From: Octopus sinensis
Taxonomy: Eukaryota
Assembly (NCBI RefSeq): GCF_006345805.1
Contig: NC_042998.1
Span: 27,280,001-27,344,000 of the forward strand
Direction: 5' to 3'
DNA length: 64,000 bases
The notes beneath the pieces are model-generated. The model was not told the origin of the DNA and made no database searches. It was given only the letters and a program-made list of their open reading frames with translations. Each line of letters opens with the position of its first letter. Position 1 is the first letter of the stretch. Positions 39,342 through 50,792 of this stretch are shown one piece after another. The position numbers were made by a program, and so were the translations under genes.

Positions 39342-39488
39342 TTCCACTTACCAAATCCATGCATTAAACCTTTAAGTCGGCCTGAGACTATAGCAGAAGA
39401 CACTTACCCAAGGTGCCACACTGTGGAACTGAACCCAGAACCATGTGGATGGGAAGTAAACCTCTTCCCACACAGCCACTCCTGCACC
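39342..39488 (-). mobile_element. Head-only fragment of SINE A flanked by a 9-bp direct repeat, inserted in another tRNA-like SINE head
   Basis: taagattct at 39333-39341 and 39489-39497; the host reads ggggagatggtgtagtggttaag...|gagttagattcca. Confidence 0.75.
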
Positions 39489-40164
39489 TAAGATTCTGAG
39501 TTAGATTCCATAATAATAATAATAATAATGATAAAATCGGAAAAATACCTTAGGAATGAGAACCCAAGTTCAAAATTCCCCCCCAGAACACCTGATGAAG
39601 GCTGGAGAGTACATCAGCTGAAACATTGTGTTAACAAACATCTGTCAAATGTAAATAATGTACATAATTCCTCGTCTCTCAAATAGAGAACTGTACCCTT
39701 TCTGCTGTTTGTATACTGGCTGGAACATGTACGTTTATAGATTATCAGTAGCTTCATACACTCTGATAACTGGGTGAGTTTCATTACATTCCATGCTTCA
39801 AGTACTGTGCTCATTTGATTCGGATTCCAGTTTACCAAATAGTGTGTGTGTGCGTGTGTTTGTATTGACAAATTCCTCTTCAAAATTGCTGGTCTTGTGC
39901 CTGTATCAAACAATTTATTAAGGAAACAGGTGAGGGTTAGCAACAGGTAGGGTCGTCTAGCCATAGAACATCTGCACCATTTGACCCATGAAAACATGTG
40001 AAAGTGGACATTAAATGATATGTAAAAGAGACTCATGGAATAAGTAGCGAGCTTTAAAACGGGGCAGGGGGAAATGGTACTGGGATCAGTTTGTTTGACT
40101 AAATTTTTGAAGGTGATGTTCCAGCATGGCCACAGCCTAATGACTGAAACATGTAAAAGATAGT

Positions 40165-40187
40165 GTATGTATGGAAAAGATAGTGTG

Positions 40188-40219
<32 letters not shown>

Positions 40220-40452
40220 TGTATGGAAAACTATGTATGTATGGAAAATGTGTGTGTGTGTGTATGTATGTATGTATGGAAAACTGTGTGTGTGTATGTT
40301 TGGAAAACTGTGTGTGTGTGTATGTTTGGAAAACTGTGTGTGTGTGTGTTTGGAAAACTGTGTGTGTGTATGTTTGGAAAACTGCGTGTGTGTATGTTTG
40401 GAAAACTGCGTGTGTGTATGGAAAACAGTGTATGTATGAGAGAGAGAGAGAG
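40165..40452 (+). repeat. Minisatellite of ggaaaac-type anchors separated by variable (GT)n, following a SINE A tail (40078-40163)
   Basis: About 9 units of tgtatgtttggaaaactg(tg)n type; source of ORFs 40167..40439, 40171..40458, 40199..40465. Confidence 0.85.
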
Positions 40453-41008
40453 AGATAATCAATAAATTTTGTTTTGGTTTGTCTCTGTCCAAGAAGTCCT
40501 AATGGCAAGGTTAATACACTATAGTACCAGTCTTGTAGCAGATGTTAATAACATCAGAAGGCAAGACATCTCATTTGGTGCTCTCACAATTTACAAATCC
40601 ACTACAATTCTTCACTGATCCTTCATTTATCATTTATGAACCCATGGCAGTTTGAAAGGTAAAGCTCGGCTTTGGCAAGGTATGAACTCAGGTCTTAGAG
40701 AATTGAAACAAATTCTGCCAGGTGTTTTATTTGATACTCTATAATGACATTGTCTTGTATATTTCCATTCTTGAGGACCGAATATAAAATTTAATTTTCG
40801 TATTTTAATGTATCAAAATGATCACTGGTTGCAAACTTAACATTATTTCGTTTGTTAGATGTGTGTTTCATTTTTATTAGCTTTCAAAAATTATCTCTAT
40901 GTTGTTATCAATTACTGGCTTGATTGAGGTTTTTGGGGGGAGCGCTTTGTGTTTTTCTTGTCATGATTTAGCTGCATCATTTTGCTAACAGTTCAAGTGT
41001 TTTCGTTA

Positions 41009-41190
41009 AACTTATTGCTTACACTTAACCCGAGTTGAATAGCTTTTTGAGAACTTAAGATAATCCTTCAGTTCCATTATATTTTATAATCAAAATCTTA
41101 ACTTATTGCTTACACTTGACCCAAGTTGAATAGCTTTTTGAGAAATTAAGATAATCCTTCAGTTGCTTTATATTTTATAATCAAAATCTT
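41009..41190 (+). repeat. 91-bp tandem duplication of non-repeat sequence
   Basis: aacttattgcttacactt...tcaaaatctt at 41009-41099 and 41100-41190 with a few substitutions. Confidence 0.9.
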
Positions 41191-42200
41191 TAATACTATA
41201 CAAATTACTTGAAGTAATACTAGTATATTACTTTTGCTTAATTATAAAACCAGTTTTTTAAAAAATATTTTTTCTTCTTGTTAACACAAATCTCTTCAAA
41301 TTTAATTCTACTGTAAATCATTTTTAGATCCTTTTTGTTACCATATCTCAATTGAAATATGCTGCTTTTGATTCAAAAATTTGGAAAAATAATGAATAAT
41401 ATAGTAAAATAATTTTGCCTTTATTTAGCTGGTGTTTAGGACATAAATTAGAAGTGAAAGTTTGTAACATAGAACCAGAGGTGGTTTCAGATAGGTTGGG
41501 GTTAAACAAGAATGACAGCAGGAATTGAAATATGAATGGTGTTGTCCTATTTTTAAAATTCTGGATATTTTTAGTATGACTTAAGTTTGAAGAGGGAAAT
41601 GCCATAATTCTGTGAGATTTCTTCCCCCCCAAATATCCCCACCACAGTGAATTGAAATGAATAGTAATAATGATATTAAAAATTTGGTGGAATGATGTTT
41701 AGTTTTGGAAAAATATAAGTTGTTGCTGTTACTGCTGCACCCAGTTTTTTCAGTTAATAAATAGCATTGCTACTTGTTGAGTGAGTTGTTTAGGTTGTTT
41801 AAAATGTTAAGTAATATGTCATAATGTTTTTGTTCAAAGTGTTTGTAACAACTGTTAACACTTAAAAAGGAAAAGTATTGATAGAAAAAAGTTTTTAAGT
41901 TGGTTTGTAAATTAGTACTGTTTCATGAAAACATTCTTGTGACTGCTTATCCAGACTCTGAAGTATGCTTCAAGTTGTGCCTTAAATGTTGCCAGTTATT
42001 GAGACATGAAAAAAAAAAAATGTTTTGTGAATTTTTAAGATCTTCGTGAAATTCATGGAGTAGGGGAAAAGAGAAGAAACTTCTTTTTTTCTCTGTTTTT
42101 ATTAATAATTTTTTATAAATTGGTATAATTACATATATTTTTACTTATTTATATTAAATACACTGCAAATCATTGTCTAAGAATCTGAGTAGTACAGTTT

Positions 42201-42423
42201 CATCATCATCATCATCATTGTTTAACGACCGCTTTCCATGCTAGCATGGGTTGGACGATTTTGACTGAGGGCTGGCGAACCAGATGGCTGCACCAGACTC
42301 CAATCTTGATCTGGCAGAGTTTCTACAGCTGGATGCCCTTCCTAACGCCAACCACTCCATGAGTGTAGTGGGTGCTTTTACGTGCCACTGGCACGGGGGC
42401 CAGTCAGGTGGTACTGGCAATGA
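42201..42423 (-). mobile_element. SINE family B 3' part; further copies 48616-48845 (-), 51527-51690 (-), 54385-54550 (+)
   Basis: (CAT)n then tttaacgaccgctttccatgctagcatgggttggacg...ctggatgcccttcctaac. Confidence 0.8.
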
Positions 42424-43600
42424 TCTCAAAATTCTGCTGCAAGAGCTCTGAAGAAAATGTTGAACCCTTTAGCATTCAGATTACTCTGCCAAAAGGGATG
42501 CTTATTTATTTGTTTGCAATGTTTTGAATTAATCATGTATTGTCTCATAGCTTTGAGATTTCAAAGATGTGATTGTTTATTCTTAAAATGACATGAGTGG
42601 GTAGATGATAGAAACCAGATCTAGCTAGTTTCAACATAAAACAGAAAGAACATTTGGCCCGGATATGGCCAATTTAAATGTTAAATGGTTAACTGATGAG
42701 TTTATTTTTGACTGGTAATTTTATATTTCTAAGTGGAGATTTTCTTTCAATTTTTAAGAGAAAATGTTGTTATTGAAAACAAAATCATGAGACATTATAT
42801 CAATGTTTTTAAAAATTCCTTTTATTTTTTCAACTATATTTTTATTCATTTTCATAATTATCATTTTTCTTAATATTTTTCTCTTGAAGCATAAATTGAT
42901 AGTTTGATCCTGCTGTTAATAACTAGGGTATTATTTTGAATATTCTCCTTGCTAATTCCTGTACACTGATAACCTGATACGCAATGTAACTATCTAAAAC
43001 TTTCAGAAGACAATATTTAAGTTCATTGGTCATTTGTTAGGAATAAGACAACCAATGAATGCCACGTTTGCATGTTAAAACATGCAAACGTGGCATTCAT
43101 CCTGTTGTGTCCTTGCATATCAGTCTCTCTTCTGTGTGTGCATTCTCTATGGAGTTTTTCTGTCTTTTGGACAGTTTGTTTTGCCTATTGTAATATAACT
43201 CTTTATCTGGGGGTCGATCTAATCAACTGACGCCCTCCCCAAAATTCCGGGCCTTGTGCCTAGAGTAGAAAAGGATATTAACTCTTATCTAAGTAAAACG
43301 AGTTCTTTCTTCCTCTTCGCTGGGATTTAGTGGGTCATATTTTTATCATCTGGTACTCGAAGCCTAAATTGCAATTAATATGCAGTTTTTTGCATTTTTA
43401 ACTATAAAAAGTAATTACATGAGGTACTGCAAAATGCTGGAACAGAATGAGTTGGCACAAGAGATGTTCTAATTGTTTGAAAATACTGCTGTAATTGCTC
43501 ACTTAAAGGAATGATGGTGCTGTAATTATTTAGTATCAAATATTTTCTGTAACAGTCAGATTGTGGACATATTCTCTTTATAAAAAATGGTGTAGGTTGC

Positions 43601-43829
43601 TTAACCCTTTTGTTACTGTATTTCTGTTGAGATGCTCTGTGTTTCTTTCAATTACTTTAAATATAACAAAGAATTTAGTAAAATAACTTAGTTATCATTA
43701 AGCTAGTGTCAGGAACATAAATTGTGACTAAGGTTTGGTGAAAGATTTTAATACAAAACTTATGAAAACAAGACATTTGTACTAAAGAGCTAGAGCCGGT
43801 TTCAAACGGGTTGGTAACGAAAGGGTTAA
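43601..43829 (-). mobile_element. piggyBac-like MITE family D
   Basis: ttaacccttttgttac...gtaacgaaagggttaa. Confidence 0.85.
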
Positions 43830-44390
43830 TGAATCTATCAAATGGTAGTGCTCTATAAATAAGGTAACAAGGAAAAGGGGACGGTTTGTGTATCAACTGT
43901 TGAAAGTGTAATGTGGTCTTGTTTAAAATGAGTTAATGATGACATAATGGATGTAAAACTTTTGAACTGCTAAATTTATTTTCATCATCCTCATTGTCAT
44001 TTTATTGTCCCCTTTCTGTGCTTGCATGGGTCAGACAGAATTTAAGGTAGACTTTCTTAGACTAGATGCCCTTCTTGTTACCATCCCTAACCTGTTTGCA
44101 AGAAAGTAATACTTCTCCTTGGTCAGACATGTTTTTATGGAAGATTTGTATGCTATGCTCATGAGGCTCATTTTACAGCTGTCATGCAACATCAAAACAC
44201 AGACACGTGTGTGTGTATACCTTTCACTTTCTGTCTACCAAATCCACTCAAGCCCATGGTCAGTCTATCATCCAAGGCCTGCTCATTATTCATTAAATAA
44301 AACCCCAAAAAATGAATGTCAAAGTATAAATTTACTTAAAACAATAATAGAGTATTTCATTTTGGGATTTGGTTTGCAAGATTCTTTGAG

Positions 44391-44505
<115 letters not shown>

Positions 44506-45072
44506 ACACGCATGCATGTATGCATAGGCACACATGCACAAACAAACAAAAAGGAACGCAGTGTAAATAACGGACAGTCAAGACTTTTGAAAAGGTTGCA
44601 AAACGCAATGAAAATTTCAGGAAAATAAAAATAAGAAATAAGTGGAAATTTGTACCAGTGAATGTGTTAAATTATAAGGCACAAAAAGAAAATGACTCTC
44701 TCCAGACACAACAGAATAATGGAACATTTGATATTTTTGCTCTTTGTGTCTGAAAATCAAAAACAGTAAATTAAGTATAACAAAACCAACAAAAAAGAAA
44801 ACATTAAAAGTGCATGTTTTTGTGCCTTCCTAATCTTGACATCATGCAATAGTTGTAAAACAAGTGTTCTCATCATACAAGCAAGGTTGTTTGTTTCCAG
44901 TCTTCCATGAAACCATGTCCAACCAAGTGGAAATATGAATTTTGCTTGGAAACAGGTGATAGTTGGCGATAGTAAGGGCTTCTGGCTGCAGCACATTTAT
45001 CTTAGTAAATTCCATCTGACCCATGCAAGAGTGGATGTTAAGACAATGATGCTGATTATATAATATTCAGCA

Positions 45073-45307
45073 AGGCGGCGAGCTGGCAGAAACGTTAGCA
45101 CGCCGGGCGAAATGCGTAGCCGTATTTTGTCTGCCGTTACGTTGCGAGTTCAAATTCCACCAAGGTCGACTTTGCCTTTCATCCTTTCGGGGTTGATAAA
45201 TTAAGTACCAGTTACGCACTTGGAGTCGATGTAATCGACTTAATCCGTTTGTCTGTCCTTGTTTATCCCCTCTATATTTAGCCTCTTGTGGGCAATAAAG
45301 AAATAAC
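45073..45307 (+). mobile_element. tRNA-derived SINE family C (full length); 5'-deleted copy at ~45500-45695
   Basis: ggcggcgagctggcagaaacgttagc head, gagttcaaattcc B-box-like, gcctttcatcctttcgggg domain, tail gggcaataaagaaata. Confidence 0.85.
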
Positions 45308-46481
45308 TATTCATAACCATGCAAAGAATCCTTTCCTATTAACCCTTTAGCACCCAGACTGGCCGTATCCAGTCCAGATACCTTGTTTTATGTTCAAACC
45401 TATCCTACAGTGTCATTCAAAAATTAACTGTCACATCAATAAAACCTTGAAGCTACAGTGTAAGGCATGATTAAGTCAAAACAATATGAATAAGCATAAG
45501 GCGGAAAGCTGGCGAAATGCTTTGTGGTATTTCGTCTGCCGTCATGTTCTGATTTCAAATTCCGCCGAGGTCGACTTTGCTTTCATCTTTTCGGGGTCGA
45601 TAAATTATGTACCAGTTACACACTTGGAGTCAATGTAATTGACTTAATCCGTTTGTCTGTCCTTGTTTGTCCCCTCTGTTTAGCCCCTTGTGGACAAAAA
45701 AAAAAAAAAAAATTAGAAATATGAATAAGCATTACATTTGATAGAGAATGGCATTTTGTCAATCTTCATGTTCTGAATTCAAATTCTGCCAAGGCCAGTC
45801 TTGCCTTTTGGGGTTGATAAAATAAGTACCAGTTGAGTACTGGGGAAGGATGTAATTAATTTACTCCTCCCTTGAAATTACTGATCTTATGCCAAAATTT
45901 GAAACCACCATGAACTGGTGCAGTTGATGAATCGAGAAAATTATTTGCAATTATTAATAAGAAACAGCTCGTTAATAATAGACCATCATAAATATTGAAT
46001 TTCAAGATACTAGTTCATGCATATTTAAATAATTTCCTTCTGCTTTCTTTCTTTGTTTTGCTTGGAAAATATAAATTTTTTTTCTTCATTTTTAATTTTC
46101 AAATTCAGTTTCATTTATCCATCCTATACAATAATACAAGGATATGGCACAATTGTTGCAGCTTGATTTGAACTCTTAATAACTAAGGTTGGGAAGGTTA
46201 GAGCAGTTAATGTTTTCTTTTCGTTTGAAGTTAATAATTCATAAGAAATACCTTGGCAGAAACCTGACTCTAGATACTATAAAGGTTGTGTAAATTATTG
46301 GAGCGTAGCCCAGAAAATGTTTGCTAAGAAGTAGAAGAGTGACTACAATAAGTATTTTAAATATTTAGGAGGAGCTTGTAAAGGTCATTGTCTTCTTTAA
46401 ATTACATAAGAAAAGCATGATTCTATTCCAAATCTCAGACCAGGAGGAGGTGGGGAGATGGGAGCTCTCAATTAATGTAGA

Positions 46482-46516
<35 letters not shown>

Positions 46517-46574
46517 TGGTTGAAAATAGTTATTCAACTATTTTCATGTGACTATTCAATAAAATCTTAATATA

Positions 46575-46937
46575 GGCGTAGGAGTGGCTGTGTGGTAAGT
46601 AGCTTGGGCAAGTGTCTTTTACTATAACCTCAGGCGGACCAAAGCCTTGTGAGTGGATTTGGTAGACGGAAACTGAAAGAATCCCGTTGTATATATGTAT
46701 AAATATGTATGTGTGTGTGTGTGTGTGTGTGTGTTTATGTGTCTGTGTTTATACCCCCAACATCTCTTGAAAACCGATGCTGGTGTGTTTACATCCCATA
46801 ACTTAGCGGTTTAGCAAAAGAGACCGATAGAATAAGTACTAGGCTTCGAAAGAATAAGTCCTGGGGTCGATTTGCTCAACTAAAATGGCAGTGCTCCAGC
46901 ATGGCCACAGTCAAATGACTGAAACAAGTAAAAGAGT
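46575..46937 (+). mobile_element. SINE family A lacking the B-box region
   Basis: gtaagtagcttg joined directly to ggcaagtgtc; otherwise colinear with the 22706 copy. Confidence 0.85.
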
Positions 46938-47177
46938 ATAGTCAGTGAAATACAAATTATTTTTTCTCTTAATAATTACAACCAATTTGTGAGATAAAAT
47001 GTTTTTTTTTTTCATTGCAATGCTTTATATTTTTTTGTAAGAGAAGTTCTTTTGTTATAATAAACCTTAACATTTAGATATTGATTTTAAATGTTTGTAT
47101 AAGATCAGCAATTTTGGGGACAAGGGTAAATTGATTACATCAACCCCAGTGCTCAGCTGGTATTTATTTTATCTACA

Positions 47178-47578
47178 AGGCGGCGAGCTGGCAGAAACTT
47201 TAACATGCTGGGCGAAATGCTTAGCGGTATTTCGTCTACCGTTACGTTCTTAGTTCAAATTCCGCCGAGGTCGACTTTGCCTTTCATCCTTTCGAGTTTG
47301 ATTAAATAAGTACCAGTTACGCACTGTGGTCGATATAATCGACTTAATCCGTTTGTCTGTCTTTGTTTGTCCTCTCTGTGTTTAGCCCCTTGTGGGTAGT
47401 AAAGAAATAGGTATTTCATCTGCCGTTACATTCTGAGTTCAAATTCCGCCGAGGTCGACTTTGCCTTTCATCCTTTCAGGGTCGATTAAATAAGTACCAG
47501 TTACGCACTGGGGGTCGATATAATCGACTTAATCCGTTTGTCTGTCCTTCTTTGTCCTGTGGGCAATAAAGAAATAGG
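47178..47578 (+). mobile_element. SINE family C plus a tandem partial second copy, inserted into a minus-strand C' element (~47105-47690)
   Basis: Full copy to ~47410, then the body restarts at gtatttcatctgccgttac; flanking repeat ggtatttattttatctac on both sides (extra atttt in the right copy). Confidence 0.85.
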
Positions 47579-47779
47579 TATTTATTTTATTTTATCTACC
47601 CCAGAAGAATGAAAGGCAAAGCTGACCTCAAAATGTAAGAACAGATAAAATGCTGCCAAACACTTTACCCAACACAATAACAGTTTAGCCAGGTTGCCCT
47701 CTTGGTTTAGATGACTATTGACTCTCCCCCCAATGTAATTTGGTTAATTTAGTTTAAATATATTTCTTTTTCTTTTTAG

Positions 47780-47996
47780 GATGAAGTATTTGCTCTGTCT
47801 GAAAAATTGGTGCTGAGGTTACAAGATCTCGTCAAACTTATTGTTCATAATGTCAACTGGACATTCGGATCTCCTGGTGTATGTGAGGATGATGTACTTT
47901 CTGGCTTAGAATCTGTGAAAATGCTTCAAAAAGAACTTCCCGATGCCAACCATAGTATAAAATTTAATGAAATTAAAAAGGAACGCAAATTTTATG
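47780..47996 (+). CDS. ARID5B: ARID5B-like internal exon (BAH-like N-terminal region), phase 0 to 1, 217 nt
   Basis: Acceptor tctttttag|GAT, donor TATG|gtgagt. Translation DEVFALSEKLVLRLQDLVKLIVHNVNWTFGSPGVCEDDVLSGLESVKMLQKELPDANHSIKFNEIKKERKFY; the start matches human ARID5B DEVIAVSEKVIVKLEDLVKW as I recall it. Confidence 0.9.
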
Positions 47997-49451
47997 GTGA
48001 GTTACTTTGTTTTCATCTTTATTTGTCTGAAATCCTAATTAAATCATTTTAACATTTATTAGAAGTGACAAGTGTTAGTAAACAGAAGTGATCATGATAA
48101 TTCAAGACTTGTAAGTCAAAATAAAATAGATCAACAAATAAATGAACCCAAAGAGGTTCAATATAAAATTATCTTTTTTTTTTTCATAGTTGATGTATTG
48201 AAAAAGAAAAAAAAAAAAAAAAAACGAAACCATATTATTAGTTTTTATTTTCATAATAGCTTTTAAAATGAAAGAAACCAGTGCTCATTATTATCACAGC
48301 TTTCAATAATATCAGTATCCTTTATCTCATGTGACTTATACAGTTTGCATCAGTGTAAAAAAAATAATAATAACAAATTCGTTTATTGGCCACAAGGGCT
48401 AACAAAAATCAAATAAAACATGTAAGGACAAAATACAGGAGAAAAGTTACAAAAAGGGTTTTGTCCGTTTGTAAAGTCCGTGTAAAAATGCGAGATAACA
48501 ACGAAAATATAACAAGTAAAAACTCCCAATAGGGGGAGGTGCTTCGAAAGGTTACTCGTGGAAAAACCCATAAAAACCACGGGAGCCTGGTCAAAAGTGG
48601 GGTAGAGAGCCCCTTTCATCATCATCATCATCATCATTTAGCGTCCGTTTTCCATGCTATCATGGGTTGGACGGTTTAACTGGGGTCTGTGAAGCCGGAA
48701 GGCTTCATCAGGCCCAGTCAGATTTGGCAGTGTTTCTACGGCTGGATGCCCTTCCTAATGCCAACCACTCTGTGAGTGTAGTGGGTGCTTTTTACGTGCC
48801 ACCTGCACAGGTGCCAGACAGAGCTGGCAAACGGCCACGAACGGTCTCCTTTTATATTACCTTTTTGTCTGTGACTTCTTAATCTCTGGTTCATATGAAT
48901 GCCCCAAATTCCCATTCTGCACCCTAAAAATTATAAGCTTAAAGTCTATGGTCCTTGTTCTTGGTCAGTTTCTTATATTCACACATGAACTGGTATTCCA
49001 TCAGTTACATCAATGAGGGTTCCAATTGGTCTGATGATACAGGGCAGCCTACTTGTAAAATTAACATGCAAGTGGCTGAGCAATCCACAGACACATGTAC
49101 CCTTAATGTAGTTCTCAGGGAAATTCGGCATGACACAGAACGTGACATGGTCCGGCCCTTTGAATTACTGGTGCAACTCAATTTTTTGCCAGCTGAATGG
49201 ACTGGAGCAATGTGAAGTAAAGTGTCTTGCTCAAGGACACTGTTAAGAATTGTGAATCGAATACCCTAATCACTGACCTGTACGCTTTCTCTCTCTCACA
49301 CACACACTAAAATATTAGCCCCTTGAATTTGATTTTCCAGCAAAATGTTTAAGTACTCCTAATGCTTTGCAGGATTGAGAGAATCTAAGCTCGTTTCAAC
49401 TCGTTAATTAGGAGATAGTAATCTAGTTGATACACTGAATTTTTCATGGGT

Positions 49452-49870
49452 ACACGAGTGGCTGTGTGGTAAGTAGCTTGCTTACCAACCACATGGTTCC
49501 GAGTTCATTCCCACCGCATGGCACCTTGGGCATGTGTCTTCTACTATAGCCTAGGGCCGACCAAAGGATTGTGAGTGGATTTGGTAGACGGAAACTGAAA
49601 GAAGCCTGTTCTATGTATGTGTGTGTGTATATATATATATATGTATGTGTGTTTGTGTTTGTCCCTCCAACATCGCTTGACAACCGATGGTGGTGTGTTT
49701 AATGTCCCTGTAACTTAGCGGTTCGGTAAAAGGTGACCGATAAAATAAGTACTAGACTTACAAAAGAATAAGTCCTGGGGCCGATTTGCTCAATTAAAGG
49801 CGGTGCTCCAGCATGGCCGCAGTCAAATGACTGAAACAAGTAAAAGAGTAAAAGAGAGAGAGTAAAGAGC
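49452..49870 (+). mobile_element. SINE family A; further copies 51815-52046 (internally deleted), 52190-52485, 52678-53035 (B-box deleted), 56220-56457 (3' half)
   Basis: Same head/core/tail motifs as the 22706 copy. Confidence 0.85.
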
Positions 49871-50396
49871 ATGGTATTACTATGTCTCGTAAGAAGCCTG
49901 TATGTTTCTCGTTTTCTTACCACGATGCAGATGAGACAAAACCATCCAGGAAGGAGATGGTGTCAGTTTATCACTGATAAGACACTGCACTGAAATCACT
50001 CCTTAATTTTTACACTGCTGCTGTAACTGCTTACTGTAGGAGACTGATCCTTCTGTACTCCTACCTATTTACAGTTAGCGAGACAAGGCTATTTTACTGA
50101 AGCTGTATCTATTCTTCCCATTTATATTAAAACCCTAAATTTCACTAAGCTACATGGAAATGATAATTGGGTTGAATGTGGCAATGTTATTCATTTTTAT
50201 GGGCATGTGAAGAATAATAATATTAATTGTAACTTTTACATATTTAAGCTTATTTTTCGAAGTATTATTATTTGAACTATTTAGATATGTGTGTTGGGGT
50301 TATTGTTTAAATGGTTGAATAGTATAATGTAGACGGCTGTAAGGGATTCAAAAGTTGAATCAAATTGGGCAGAACTAATTTAATGTTTATTAAAAT

Positions 50397-50792
50397 ACTA
50401 GCAGTATCGCCCAGCGTTGCTCGGGTTTTGTTTCGACCCTTTAGAATTGGAATTTGTGAAAAGTAAAAGTTTTGCATTATGTAGCTTGTTATTCTCTTTA
50501 AGTGAACATTTTTCTGGTTGAAATACACCGAAAAATGGTGACACAGCAGTCAAAAAAATCATTAAAAAAAAAAGGATTTTCATAGAAAAAAAGCACCTTT
50601 TTGATGTAAATAATTTTTGGTGTTAACATGGTCCGATTTGAAGTTTTTCTTCTATGGAAGGAAGAGCAAGCCGTCTTCTATCATACTCTCAATTTTGGTC
50701 AACTTGCGCCGCAGGGTCTCGGAGGTGATAGTATTAGTTGAAGGCTACCAAACCTTCCATACACAGACAACTTCAGCTTTATATATATAGAT
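50397..50792 (+). mobile_element. Non-autonomous Helitron/Helentron-like element, copy 2
   Basis: ACTAGCAGTATCGCCCAGCGTTGCTCGGG ... cttcagctttatatatatagat; colinear with 19867-20238. Confidence 0.55.

Noticed and set aside
40165-40452. Repeat-spacer pattern resembling a CRISPR array
   Set aside because: Anchors are ~7-9 nt, spacers are just (GT)n, there are no cas genes and the context is a eukaryotic intron.
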